Made by a program: the position numbers and the translations under genes. From Macrostomum lignano (taxonomy: Eukaryota), in assembly GCA_002269645.1 (NCBI GenBank), contig NIVC01001899.1, positions 124,001 through 188,000 on the forward strand: a stretch of DNA of 64,000 bases, in the 5' to 3' direction. The notes beneath the pieces are model-generated. The model ran no database searches and was not told where the DNA came from. It worked only from the letters and a program-made list of their open reading frames with translations. How positions within the stretch are numbered: position 1 is the first letter of the stretch; each line of letters begins with the position of its first letter. Below, one piece after another: positions 1 to 12,114 of the stretch.

Positions 1-419
1 CGGCTCCCGCTGGGCTGGCCGAGTCGAACAGCAGCACAACCCCGGCCGAGGACTGCGCGGCACCTGACGTTGGCGGCACGTCTACCTCGCCGCAGGCAGA
101 CACGGCTGACTCTGCTAACGAGGCACCCCGGCGCTACCCGACTCGAGTTCGAGCACCACCTGACAGATTGATGCTGCAGTGAGGGTGTTAACTTAGGGGG
201 GAGATGTGACATAGTGACACGATGAACTTTGCTATAGGTTGCATGCACTGTAGTGTTGACTCACTAGCAGTGAAGTTGTTATTGATCGGCTTAGAGATTG
301 TATTTTATTCCACCCCACCCCATGCGCGCGTTTGAATCTGTCTGCACCCACCACCTCAGTGCTAAATAAACAGCCTAGCTCTCAAGCGAGCACCTTTTAC
401 TCACTCCTGCAATTCCACA
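1..419 (+). mobile_element. 3' end of an LTR retrotransposon (Gypsy-like): integrase C-terminal tail, polypurine tract and 3' LTR
   Basis: Open frame 3..182 ends ...EAPRRYPTRVRAPPDRLMLQ*, a typical post-integrase tail. PPT AGGGGGGAGA at 195-204 is followed directly by TG (205). AATAAA at 365-370. Candidate LTR end ...CCACA at ~419. Confidence 0.7.
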
Positions 420-448
420 CTTCTGCCTCGCTTAACAAAGTTATCACA

Positions 449-1083
449 GATGCCAATTGGCTAAATGAGAAGTTGCTAAGATGCCAATTGGCTAAATGAG
501 AAGTTGCTGAGATTCTAATTGGCTAAATGAGAAGTTGCTGAGATTCCAATTGGCTAAATGAGAATTTGCTGAGACGCCAATTGGCTAAATGAGAAGTTGC
601 TGAGACGCCAATTGGCTAAATGAGAAGTTGCTGAGACGCCAATTGGCTAAATGAGAAGTTGCTAAGATGCCAATTGGCTAAATGAGAAGTTGCTAAGATG
701 CCAATTGGCTAAATGAGAAGTTGCTAAGATGCCAATTGGCTAAATGAGAAGTTGCTAAGATGCCAATTGGCTAAATGAGAAGTTGCTAAGATGCCAATTG
801 GCTAAATGAGAAGTTGCTAAGATGCCAATTGGCTAAATGAGAAGTTGCTAAGATGCCAATTGGCTAAATGAGAAGTTGCTGAGATTCTAATTGGCTAAAT
901 GAGAAGTTGCTAAGATGCCAATTGGCTAAATGAGAAGTTGCTGAGATTCTAATTGGCTAAATGAGAAGTTGCTGAGATTCCAATTGGCTAAATGAGAATT
1001 TGCTGAGACGCCAATTGGCTAAATGAGAAGTTGCTGAGATGCCAATTGGCTCAAGGAAGAGTTGCTAAGGATGCCAATTGGAA
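449..1083. repeat. 31-bp minisatellite, ~20 copies (GATGCCAATTGGCTAAATGAGAAGTTGCT[A/G]A)
   Basis: Directly visible 31-nt period. Confidence 0.95.
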
Positions 1084-1230
1084 TCAAGAGATGCTGATAT
1101 CTTATGCAAGATATGCAAGCCTTCAGGGCTCATGTTCTGAAATATTGAAATAAAGAAAGCTACGAGTACAATGCTTTATACGTGTATTGCATATTCAAAA
1201 AATAGTTCTCCTTTGTTGCCTCCCAACAAT
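449..1230 (-). mobile_element. Decayed copy of the Helitron-like family also at 12230-12830 and 56469-61315
   Basis: The reverse complement of 1180-1230 contains ATGCAATACACG and GTTGGGAGGCAACA, matching the 5' part of the 56469 and 12382 copies. The reversed 31-bp unit (TTGGCATCTCAGCAACTTCTCATTTAGCC) resembles the family's internal TTGACATCTCAGCAACTCCC subrepeat. Confidence 0.55.
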
Positions 1231-1276
1231 ATGTCGAAGATTGCTAAGTTTTACTCTATAAAGACCTGCTTACCAA

Positions 1277-1832
1277 CAGTGGTGTGATTCAGGCGCGAAA
1301 ATGGCGCGAATGCGCGAATCCTGGGGGTCTGGCGCGAAATTTTGTGGAACCATGGGCGCGAAAATTGCATTCTTATTTTCTGCTTTTTACACTTATTCTC
1401 TTGTCAGACAGTATAAAATACAAGAATGTCATAGCTTAGGAGATTAATCTAACTGCTGCTTCACGAGTTGACGGCGGCCACCAAGAGCAAGGACGCCGAG
1501 ATTGAAGAACTGAGGCGTCAGCAGCATAATGTGCAGAAGAAGAAGCAGAAGGAGGCAGAGAAGCTAGCTGAGCTCGTCTTGAAGCGCAAGGCTGCTGAGC
1601 TGCTGTCAACGTCGTCAATCACCAGCAGGAGCAGTCGTCTGCCTGCAGACATCGCCAACAAGAAGTTCAGGCGGGACACGGCTGGGACTTGAGAGACATG
1701 CTAATTGGTAGCCAGACGCATCTTCAAAAGTGTCATCAATTGACTTATTTGGCTGTCAGTAGAATGTTATTGGCATGGCGCGAAAATTTCCAGTCGGCGC
1801 GAAATTTGGCAAACTTTCCAATCACACCACTG
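1277..1832. mobile_element. Non-autonomous hAT-superfamily DNA transposon (MITE), 556 bp
   Basis: 13-bp TIR CAGTGGTGTGATT / AATCACACCACTG. Perfect 8-bp TSD CTTACCAA at 1269-1276 and 1833-1840. Subterminal GGCGCGAAA motifs at both ends. Confidence 0.9.
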
Positions 1833-2836
1833 CTTACCAACACCAACTGGGTTAAAACGTCCTTCTCGTTCAAGCTCTCAGACTGAGGCCATTTTTGCGT
1901 AGATTACTGATCATAAAATCGCGAAAATGGAAACGATGTCTTGGAAATCGTATTATGTACGTACATTTTTTTATATTCAATCCAAGCTGACAACGTAAAA
2001 AATCTCCTACATTCTCATTTCTTAGCACAATGAATATGAAATCTTTATCGTATTTTACAGGGAGAGTATGAAAATATGTGATCAGATACAGTCAGTTTGT
2101 TAAACTTTATATATACAAGTTCGCTTGAATAAAAAGTGATGCGAGTAAAAAACCAATCAAATATAAACTTAAACTTATACAAACTGTACTCAGCAACATT
2201 GAAAAGTCGCCATCACAGAAGATTCCGGCTGTGGTCGCCACTTTTGAGAGTGCAGGTAGTAAGTCCTCTCAATCTTTTGCGAGTGACGCAGCTTCGCTAC
2301 GCCAAGCGGCAGACTTGAGTTGAGGAATGAAGTGGGGGATGTGCGAGGGTTGGACGGATTAAAGCTACCCCGATCAGTTTTCTCGTATCTTTTAGTTCAT
2401 AATATTTGAAGTAGTCCAAGAGAAATTGATCCACTGGCACATAGAGTGGCGATTTTTCAATGTTGCTGAGTATATAATTTTTACCACCAGACTGATAAAC
2501 ACTGTTCCTGAATGAATGGAAAAAGCAGTAACGAAAAAATGTAGAAAAATTATTAAAATTCACTTTAATTACTCGTAGAAAGCGTTAGAATAAACTCGAA
2601 CTTGCGTCTTAATTAGGTGCCGAATCTTTCCGCGCTACGATCAACACGATCAATAATTAATAAGAGGTTAGGAGCTACAACTGTGGATTTTTCTTGAAAA
2701 CTTCTGAGTGGAAGCAATTATAGCAAGAAAATAATCAGCGAGCTTAATATTTAAAATCAGATAAACATGTATACAGCTTGTGTCAAAACCGAAGCGAAGC
2801 ATAGCTGATGCCAAATTCCATCAAAGTTTCCATCTT

Positions 2837-4198
2837 TTACACGGAGGTTTCGCGGTCTTCATCAGACACTTCGAGCAAACGTTTGTAGTCGTTCAAAACT
2901 TTCATAGCTTCATCGCACGTGCCCTGAGAAGTTGCCATCACCTGTGCAATAGAACTCTTGCAGTTCTCGCACAGGTCTCTGGCTTCCTCACAATCCGTTT
3001 TTTGCTTCTTTAGAGTCTTCAACTGCTTTTGGAAGTCACTTGCAGGCTGGTAGTTAATAAAATTCATACCGATTCGGAAGCCTCTCTGCTCACCATCGTT
3101 TGCGCGTAATTCTCGAATTTGCTCCTCTATGCGATTTACTTGTTTTTCAATTTCAGTCTTGCAAACAAATCCAATGTGGTCCATCAACGCCTTAGCCTTC
3201 GCTAGAAAATTGCTGTGCTCTGTTTGGAAGCAATCGATTCTCTCAGTGAGCTTTTTTAGAGAATTGCTGAGGGCTCTCTTCGAACTCTGGTTCTGTTTTT
3301 TCCTGTACTCACTGGACTTCTTTTGGAATATTTCCAACTCTTTTTTCACCTTTTCGATGAGCTTCTCTGACGGAGCAGTCGAGGCCAAGCGCTTGGCGAA
3401 GACTTTTAGCACGTTGGCATCATCGGCAATACTCTCAAATTTCCGCAGCAATTTAGCAATCCGGAAGCACTTGTCCCTGATGATGGCGGATCGTCTGTCC
3501 AGCTCAGCCTGATCCGCCGATGTTAGCGTCGCAAGGGCGCAGGCATCGCGCAAGAAATTTATATTCCCAATGCTTTCATTGCCCAGCCTCTCTTGTTGGC
3601 ATCTGTACCGCCACATCAGACTGACATAAATACTCACGATTCCTTTGCTAAGAAAGTTGACATTCTTCGCACCGAGTTCCAGCTTGGGCAGTTTAGACGA
3701 TTTGCTCTTGATTTGAGAGATGCTTGCCATTGCTTGCAGCAGCTCTTTTCTACCAGTACCACCTGCGGAACTCTCCTCGGATACCGAGTTGATCTCCTCC
3801 AAGAGTGCACGAATTTCCCCGTGCGCGCTTGAAACTTGAGCTTTTAATTCTTTCAAATCAGAATAAAGACTGAAACAACGTCTAGTTTTTTTCTCTAGAC
3901 AGTCAGCAAGCCTTTGAAAATTGGGTCTTCTTCCATTAAAGTCTTGCATCAGGTCGGCTACTTGAACTCCTTCTGTGTCGAGTGCAGTCTGCACCTTTTT
4001 CAAAAGCTTTTCTGCTTCTCCAGCGGCATTTTTTAGAAATAAGACGAATTTTGTATTGGCATATCTGTTCTGTTCGCCGAGTGTAGTCTCCACTTTATTG
4101 ACATCTTCAGCGTACTCCTTGATCTCGCCGAGCCGGGAAACGAATCGCATCGCGTCCGCAAAATTCTTCTCTTTTAGTGAACTCTTCGAGTTGCCCAT
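2837..4198 (-). CDS. Uncharacterised 453-aa alpha-helical/coiled-coil protein with predicted N-myristoylation (MGNSKS)
   Basis: 1362-nt non-repetitive uninterrupted ORF, K/E/L/A-rich with heptad character, N-terminal MGxxxS motif. No family recognised. Confidence 0.8.
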   Translation of the reverse strand: MGNSKSSLKEKNFADAMRFVSRLGEIKEYAEDVNKVETTLGEQNRYANTKFVLFLKNAAGEAEKLLKKVQTALDTEGVQVADLMQDFNGRRPNFQRLADCLEKKTRRCFSLYSDLKELKAQVSSAHGEIRALLEEINSVSEESSAGGTGRKELLQAMASISQIKSKSSKLPKLELGAKNVNFLSKGIVSIYVSLMWRYRCQQERLGNESIGNINFLRDACALATLTSADQAELDRRSAIIRDKCFRIAKLLRKFESIADDANVLKVFAKRLASTAPSEKLIEKVKKELEIFQKKSSEYRKKQNQSSKRALSNSLKKLTERIDCFQTEHSNFLAKAKALMDHIGFVCKTEIEKQVNRIEEQIRELRANDGEQRGFRIGMNFINYQPASDFQKQLKTLKKQKTDCEEARDLCENCKSSIAQVMATSQGTCDEAMKVLNDYKRLLEVSDEDRETSV

Positions 4199-4854
4199 GG
4201 CTTCTTTTGCGACGGGGAAGACAGGTGAAGACCAGCAGGCAGGAAATTTCCTTTTTCTTTCTGTTGTCTGCCAGTAGGCTTAAAACCTATTCTGTGATGA
4301 AGCTCACCTTCTCTGCCTTTTCGACAAGCGCCCAGTCGCAGAGACAGTTTTATTCTATGGCGGGTTTCGGCCGAGAAGTTTCTATTTTATTATAAAACAA
4401 TTTTGAACGAAGAGATGAAGACAATCTTGCTAATAATCTGTACAATATCGTACAGAACAAAAAATGAGAGTGCTTTTAGCTGAAACAGAAAACCTGTCCT
4501 AAATAACAGACAAACTCTTTCAGACGGACAAAAGGCCTTTTCATCGCAAAAAAAACCTGTGTTTTTTCATCTCCCCACTAAGGTAGCAGGTGCTTTGGTA
4601 ATGACCGCTTGGAACATGGAACTATAAAGTTTGAGTACATAGACGAACCAGTAGTATGCTGAGTAGTATATTATTATTCAGCTGTTTTTCTGCTTCACAG
4701 AGATTTTATTTTTCTATTGCGAGCGAGTTTCAATTTTCACCGTTTATTTGTTTTAATTAGTCCTACGAGTATTGATATCAATTAAACTAGTCAGTGAGTC
4801 ATATTCAATGGTCAGATGTAGCCGCTCCGGGTCATGCTGGTCACCACTAAGTGC

Positions 4855-7800
4855 TCACTTCTTGAATTCTGCCTGCTCAACCGAGGTGGCCAGCATTTCG
4901 GTGTTGAAGCCTGCGTCCTGAAATTTCATACCACGCTGAATAATTTCTAGATGCAGTTATTATTTGCATTGTAGATGAGATGCAGGGTTACTAGATGGAT
5001 CCTATAGGTTAGAGATGCAGGGTCACTGGTATATTTTAGGTGAGATGCAGAGTCAATGGATAGATTCTTTAGAGTTGCAGGGTCAATGAATAGATTCTTT
5101 AGGGAGATGCAGGGTCAGTGGATAGATTCTTTAGAGTTGCAGGGTCAATGAATAGATTCTTTAGGGAGATGCAGGGTCAGTGGATAGATTCTTTAAGGGA
5201 GTTTCAGGGTGTTGGATCGATTCTCTGGGTGAGATGCAGGGTCAATGGATAGATTCCCCAACCAGCATCGCACTCGCCTCAGGCGGTAGGTATGCTCCAT
5301 TCCTCATTCGAACCGGGTGCACAAAGTTCTCATGTAGGTGTGACGAGTACTCGCACATTCTGTAATTGGGCATAGCAACTATTGTAAGTTTTCGTCACGT
5401 CTATCTAGCTAGATTATGACAGCAGCTTGAAGCCAACTAACCTGTCCTGCAGACTCCTGCTGACCCGGATGTAGTCGAACATGATGTAGTGCTGCACGTA
5501 CTCGCACAGCCCCAGGCCGCCAGCGTGCGGGCACACTGGGACTGCAAATTGGAATGGAATTGGAACTCAAATGAAACGGCGCCTCCACAACTACAAGACG
5601 CGTCACTCAACTGAAATGACGTCTCCACAACTACAAGACGCGTCACTCAACTGAAATGACGTCTCCACAACTACAAGACGCGTCACTCAAATGAAATGAC
5701 GTCTCCACAACTACAAGACGCGTCACTCAACTGAAATGACGTCTCCACAACTACAAGACGCGTCACTCAACTGAAATGGCGCCACCTCCACAACTACAAG
5801 ACGCGTCACTCAAATGAAATGGCGCCACCTCCACAAGTACAGGACGCTTCACTCAAAAGAAATGACGTCTCCACAACTACAAGACGCGTCACTCAAATGA
5901 AATGACGTCTCCACAACTACAAGACGCGTCACTCAACTGAAATGACGTCTCCACAACTACAAGACGCGTCACTCAACTGAAATGACGTCTCCACAACTAC
6001 AAGACGCGTCACTCAACTGAAATGGCGCCACCTCCACAACTACAAGACGCGTCACTCAAATGAAATGGCGCCACCTCCACAAGTACAGGACGCTTCACTC
6101 AAATGAAATGGCGCCACCTCCACAAGTACAGGACGCTTCACTCAAAAGAAATGACGTCTCCACAACTACAAGACGCGTCACTCAACTGAAATGGCGCCAC
6201 CTCCACAACTACAAGACGCGTCACTCAAATGAAATGGCGCCACCTCCACAAGTACAGGACGCTTCACTCAAAAGAAATGACGTCTCCACAACTACAAGAC
6301 GCGTCACTCAAATGAAATGACGTCTCCACAACTACAAGACGCGTCACTCAAATGAAATGGCGCCACCTCCACAACTACAAGATGCGTCACTCAAATGAAA
6401 TGACGTCTCCACAACTACAAGACGCGTCACTCAACTGAAATGACGTCTCCACAACTACAAGACGCGTCACTCAACTGAAATGACGTCTCCACAACTACAA
6501 GATGCGTCACTCAACTGAAATGACGTCTCCACAACTACAAGACGCGTCTCTCAAATGAAATGACGTCTCCACAACTACAAGACGCGTCACTCAAATGAAA
6601 TGGCGCCACCTCCACAACTACAAGATGCGTCACTCAAATGAAATGACGTCTCCACAACTACAAGACGCGTCACTCAACTGAAATGACGTCTCCACAACTA
6701 CAAGATGCGTCACTCAAATGAAATGACGTCTCCACAACTACAAGACGCGTCACTCAACTGAAATGACGTCTCCACAACTACAAGATGCGTCACTCAAATG
6801 AAATGGCGCCACCTCCACAACTACAAGATGCGTCACTCAAATGAAATGACGTCTCCACAACTACAAGACGCGTCACTCAACTGAAATGACGTCTCCACAA
6901 CTACAAGATGCGTCACTCAACTGAAATGACGTCTCCACAACTACAAGATGCGTCACTCAACTGAAATGACGTCTCCACAACTACAAGACGCGTCACTCAA
7001 ATGAAATGACGTCTCCACAACTACAAGACGCGTCACTCAAATGAAATGGCGCCACCTCCACAACTACAAGACGCGTCACTCAACTGAAATGGCGCCTCTC
7101 ACTACAAGACAAATAAAAATGAAGCGACAAAGGAAAAGATGCCTTGGGTCTCTACTGGTGGAGACTCACCACCAGCCTTGGCCGCCATCAGCAGCACCGG
7201 CAGCACTTCGTTGACGCTGGCCAGCCTGCAGGCGTCAATCTGGCAGACGTCCAACGCTGCGGCCTGGAAGAACTGCTTGAACAGAACTTTGTTCTGGCAC
7301 ATCTCTCCGGTTGCTACGCGCACCCCGAGCGGTTGCAGGGCATCGCGTACAGCCCGATGGCCCAGCACATCGTCCGGGCTGGTTGGCTCCTCGATCCAGT
7401 AGGGCTGGAACTCGGCCAGCTGGCGCATCCAGGCGACGGCCTCCGGCACCGACCAGCGCTGGTTGGCGTCCGTCATCTGGGGGGGGGGGTTGGACTCAAT
7501 CTGTGCTTTTCTTTTGACTGGTTCTGTTTGCGGCTAAGAAAGAAGAAGGGAAAGAAGGGAGAGAGATTAGAGAGGGGAGAGAGATTAGAGAGAGGAGAGA
7601 GATTAGAGAGAGGAGAGAGATTAGAGAGAGGAGAGAGATTAGAGATGGGTGAGAGATTAGAGAGGGGAGAGAGGTTAGAGAGGGAAGATAGGCGAGATTA
7701 GACAGGGGAGAGAGATTAGAGAGGGGAGAGAGATTAGAGAGGGGAGAGAGATTAGAGATGGGAGAGAGATTAGAGATGGGAGAGAGATTAGAGAGAGGAG

Positions 7801-9551
7801 AGAGATTAGAGAGAGGAGAGAGATTAGAGATGGGTGAGAGATTAGAGAGGGGAGAGAGGTTAGAGAGGGAAGATAGGCGAGATTAGACAGGGGAGATAGA
7901 TTAGAGAGGGGAGAGAGATTAGAGATGGGAGAGAGATTAGAGATGGGAGAGAGATTAGAGAGGGGAGAGAGATTAGAGAGGGGAGAGAGATTAGAGATGG
8001 GAAAGAGATTAGAGAGGGGAGAGAGATTAGAGAGTGGAGAGAGAGGAAAAGGGAGAGAGGGGAAAGGGGAGAAAGGGGATAGAGGAGAGGTAGGAAAACT
8101 TCACAAACTAAAAACTACATGGCCATGGATCAATGACCCCTCGCAACCCATTCGCCAATTTGGTTAGTAAAATATTATCCCATAGCACGTCAAGAAGGAA
8201 TCCAGAGTTTGAATTTCTTTTGTCACTCCTAATAGTCATTATTCTATTCCAGTGCTTTATAATAATAAGGAAATTAATTGATTACACCTGCCCTAATGAA
8301 GGCTGCTTACGGCTGTTCAGTTCAAGGACTGGGGGGTCGCCACACACACTCAATTACCCCAGCTAATGCTGGCACCCATTTTACAGCTGGGTGAACTGAA
8401 GAAATTCAGATTTAAGTGTCTTGCTCAAAAGGACACAAATTGTTCCGAGTGGGTCGACAATCGAACCCCCGACCTTCTAGTCGTGAGTCCGACGCTCTAC
8501 AACTACCTGTACTCTACTCCATGCGATGGGACTTCTATTGACAAGCCCATGTTTTGGGCGGGATCTCACCGCGCTCACAACTGTATTAGTCAGATAAGCG
8601 GAAAGAAAAGCTTAATAGATAAGCATTGTTGAGCCAATGACTTTTCCATAGAGACACCTTCAGTGCACATGCTGGATTGCAAAAATTGCCCGTCATACAA
8701 AAGCGAGTTGCTCCACTCACCAGGACTCCCTGCGGGCCGCAGAGCTCTCTCAGCAGTCGCAGGCGCGCCCTGTCGCTCTCCAGATTCTGGCCGACCTTCA
8801 CCTTGAATTTGTCAAATCCCTGCGCGCTGAGGAGAGCGTGTTGCTGAAATTTGTTATGGATTTCAGGTAGATCCTCTTTCAGGTAGATTCGGGATTTCCA
8901 TCTCAGAATCTAGGGACTCCTTACCCTTGAGATTCTAATGTCAGAATCTCAAAATCTCTCTCTCTCACCCCTGAGATTTTGATCTCAGAATCTCTCACTC
9001 TTGAAATTTCGATCTCAGAATCTCAGAAGCTCTCTCTCACCCTTGAGATTTCGATCTCAGAATCTCTCTCTCACCCTTGAGATTTTGATCTCAGAATCTC
9101 AGAATCTCTGTCTCACCCTTGAGATTTTGATCTCAGAATCTCTCTCACCCCTGAGATTTCGATCTCAAAATCTCAGAATCTCTGTCTTACCCTTGAGATT
9201 TTGATCTCAGAATCTCTCTCACTCTTGAGATTTCGATCTCAGATTCTCAGAACCTCTGTCTCACCCTTGAGATTTTGATCTTAGAAGCTAAGAATCTCTC
9301 TCTTACCCTTGAGATTTTGATCTCAAAATTTCTGTCCCAACCTTGAGATTTTGATCTCAGAATTTCAGAATGTCTTTCTCACTTTTGAGATTTCGATTTT
9401 AGAATCTCATAATCTCTCTCACCCTTGAGATTTTCGTCTCAGAATCACAGAATCCGTCTCATCATGAGATTCTGATCTCAGAATCTCAGAATCTCTCTCT
9501 CACCCTGAGATTTCGATCTCAGAATGTCAGAATCTCTCTCTCTCTCTCACT

Positions 9552-9586
<35 letters not shown>

Positions 9587-11886
9587 GAGATTTTGGTTTC
9601 AGAGTTTTTCATTACTTGAGATTTCGATAAAGGCACAGACAGGCACAGGACCGCCAACCTCTCTGATGGTCTGCTCCGAATAGCCCAGCCACCCAGCAGA
9701 GGTTGTATACGCCGGATAGCCATTCGCGTTTAAGTAGCCTTCTGGAAACATAAACGGCGGTTGCTATGACAACCAAGAATCACTCTTAATCGAGTGTACT
9801 GTGTAGGATTGGTAGCTACTCTAGGGACTATTGCAAACAGTATGATGGCTGTACATTGCAGACCTCTATCATTCTCCTTTCCATCTTCGGCCAGAATCTG
9901 CAGAGCTTCATCAGGAGTCAGGTAGTCGCTTCTGAAATAGAAATGTATAAATGTAGTAAACTACGGGCTTGAATGCTTACTGTGTGCTAAAATTATTCCA
10001 AAATTCCGAACGTAACATAGATGTACATTTAGACCAGATGTACATTTAGGCCAGATGTACATTTAGGCCAGATGTACATTTAGGTCAGATGTACATTTAG
10101 CCCAGATGTACATTTAGGCCAGATGTACAGTAATAGAGACTACTATAGACTAGTATAAAGTCTGTGTCGAAGCAACATTAAACTCTGTGCATATTCAAGT
10201 AATGCGTTTACTGTTGCAGTGCCTTCGGCGACATGGTCCTAGAACCAGCGCTGAGGCAATTCAGCCCATTCCGCTGACTCCTGAGCGCACACAAGCGCAC
10301 CAATACTGTACGCAGGCACGCACTCATGCACACGCTCACACAGGGTGTACAGCAGCCCTTTGACTGTCTAATCGTCATGCACAAACAATCCAAAGCTGAC
10401 TCACATGTAGGTGAAATCAATCAAGTCTACCAGCTGCTGCGGTCTCATGTCGGACAGCAGCTTCCAAACCGGCTGAAGTTGATTAAATGGTAGCTGAAAG
10501 AATCGACAAAAGCTAAAATGGATGGCAGACAAGAGCTCAAGAAATCTTTACCTTGCCAGCAACCTTCGCCCACAGATCCCAGATGGCATTGAGAATAGCT
10601 GAGCAAGCCATGTGTAGCACACCCTTCTCCGGACCTAGCTGGAAATGGAATTTTCATTTATCAACTACTGTTTCTAGAAAAGTTAAGATTTGTCTAAATA
10701 ATTTTTTTTTGATGCTAGAACTCACCCAGCGCATTTGGCCATCGTTAACTAATGCATGATAGAAGTTGCGAAAATTGTTTACAATCGATTCCAGCTTCTT
10801 GTCCTCCACATAATGCTTGAGGGATTCTATGTTCTTCGCAACTGCATGGGCAACAAATATACGGCTCGACTACGAGTATTTGATTTGTTCACGCTCCTGT
10901 GCCTCTTTATTTCACCTATACATGTACCACTCCCTGTCCCTCTGCCCCTCCATTCAGCCACCTCACTTCCTGTCCCTCTGCCCCTCGATTCACCCACCTC
11001 ACTCCCTGTCCCTCTGCCCCTCGATTCACCCACCTCACTCCCTGTCCCTCTGCCCCTCCTTCCACCCAACTCACTCCCTGTCCCTCTGCCCCCTCTATTC
11101 CACCCACTTTACTCCCTGTCCCTCTACCCCTCCTTTCATCCACCCACTTAACTTCCTGCCCCTCTGCCCCTCCCACCTCATTCCCAGGCCCTCCTTACAT
11201 CCACCAATTTTCAGTGTACGATCTAGTTAAGAGCTGAAGAGCATACTCATACTTACTGACTTCAGTTCCTCGGCCTAATGTGAAGGCGGAGCCGCAGCCT
11301 TTAAGCCCGGCTTCACTTGTGGTCAGTTCAACATACGCTGCCGAATAGTCAGGGTCTGGGTGCTGGATTCCAATTGTTCGGTTCGAAAAATAATAGTTAG
11401 AGTCAAATTTGGTCATTTGTTGCACCTCAAGAGTCAGGATAGTTTCTGATTACTTTCAAACGAGGTAATTATCTCCGGTAGACAGTAAAAGCATCGGTAA
11501 ATGACAAAAATTCTGGGGGATTTCGGGCGTTTCAAATGTCAAGGCAATAGTCCACTTGCAGCTAGCGAGGTGGCAAGTAGTCATGCTCATCGCGCTGACC
11601 TCGCACAGGGATGCGCACTCTGTACCTTGAAGATCGGCCCTTATAGGCATAGATCGCACGACAAACACCAGGCTAATTTTCGTACACAAGCCCCAAATTA
11701 ATGAGACGCGCACGAAATCCAACCGAAAGTCCTTAAAATCCCAAACGGAGCCAGTTCATCAAAACCCAATATTGAACTCACAATTGCGTCCGAACCGTGC
11801 AATCCTTCGGAAGTTGGGAATCGAACATCGGTAACTTTCAAGCTGACAATTCTTATTGGACAATCAAGTGGCAAATTATGATGCAT
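4855..11886 (-). CDS. ENOSF1: Mitochondrial enolase superfamily member 1 / L-fuconate dehydratase (rTS), 12 exons, 435 aa
   Basis: Exons 11886-11782, 11362-11257, 10841-10726, 10638-10552, 10472-10405, 9931-9864, 9741-9659, 8843-8721, 7476-7170, 5541-5442, 5359-5278, 4917-4855 splice in phase to 1308 nt. Motifs [81 protein letters not shown]. Confidence 0.95.
4975..5255. repeat. Degenerate ~30-bp repeat (GAGATGCAGGGTCAATGGATAGATTCTTTA) in the last ENOSF1 intron
   Basis: About 7-8 imperfect copies visible. Confidence 0.75.
5565..7100. repeat. 39-43-bp minisatellite, ~38 copies (GTCACTCAACTGAAATGACGTCTCCACAACTACAAGACGC), intronic
   Basis: Period of 40 nt with interspersed 42-43-nt GGCGCCACC variants. 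Confidence 0.95.
7555..8040. repeat. 18-bp purine-rich minisatellite (GAGAGATTAGAGAGGGGA), ~27 copies, intronic
   Basis: Visible period; source of the spurious ERLERG ORFs. Confidence 0.9.
8279..8506 (-). mobile_element. tRNA-derived SINE, family 1 (second copy at 61449-61704)
   Basis: Minus-strand head has a tRNA-like region with B box GGTTCGA. The body is near-identical to 61520-61640 (GAAGGCTGC..TACGGCTGTTCAG..AGGACTGGGGGGTCGCCACACAC..CAATTACCCCAGCTAATGCTGGCACCCATTTTACAG). Confidence 0.75.
8900..9625. repeat. Degenerate repeat of CCCTTGAGATTT[T/C]GATCTCAGAATCT units followed by a (CA)n tract, intronic
   Basis: About 18 variable 30-45-nt units; (CA)n at ~9553-9581. Confidence 0.8.
10019..10129. 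repeat. 17-bp repeat (AGATGTACATTTAGGCC), ~6 copies, intronic
   Basis: Visible period. Confidence 0.85.
10930..11180. repeat. 36-bp pyrimidine-rich repeat (TCCCTGTCCCTCTGCCCCTCGATTCACCCACCTCAC), ~6 copies, intronic
   Basis: Visible period. Confidence 0.8.
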
Positions 11887-12114
11887 TCTGAGAGCTATCT
11901 CAGGTTTTTGCAAGTATATTACTGTCTTTTATTACATGAACTGGTTGTTTTGCTCAGTGATTTTAACTGCAAAGAAAGTTGTTCGTCAGCATTTGCATTA
12001 TCAGTAAGTTGCATGCATTTAGTTAAGTTTACACACCCGATCGAGGCACGCACGCACGGAGCGTAAAACGACTAACAAACAGGCAGGCCTGATGGCTCAT
12101 TCCCAGGGCTGTTT

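Noticed and set aside
2183-2322. Exon-like segment (NIEKSPSQKIPAVVATFESAG...DLS*) after a CTCAG acceptor on the + strand
   Set aside because: No in-phase upstream exon could be established in the window and no homology was recognised.
5565-7100. CRISPR-like appearance of 30-48-bp repeats here and elsewhere
   Set aside because: Units are contiguous without unique spacers, lie in spliceosomal introns, and no cas genes are present.
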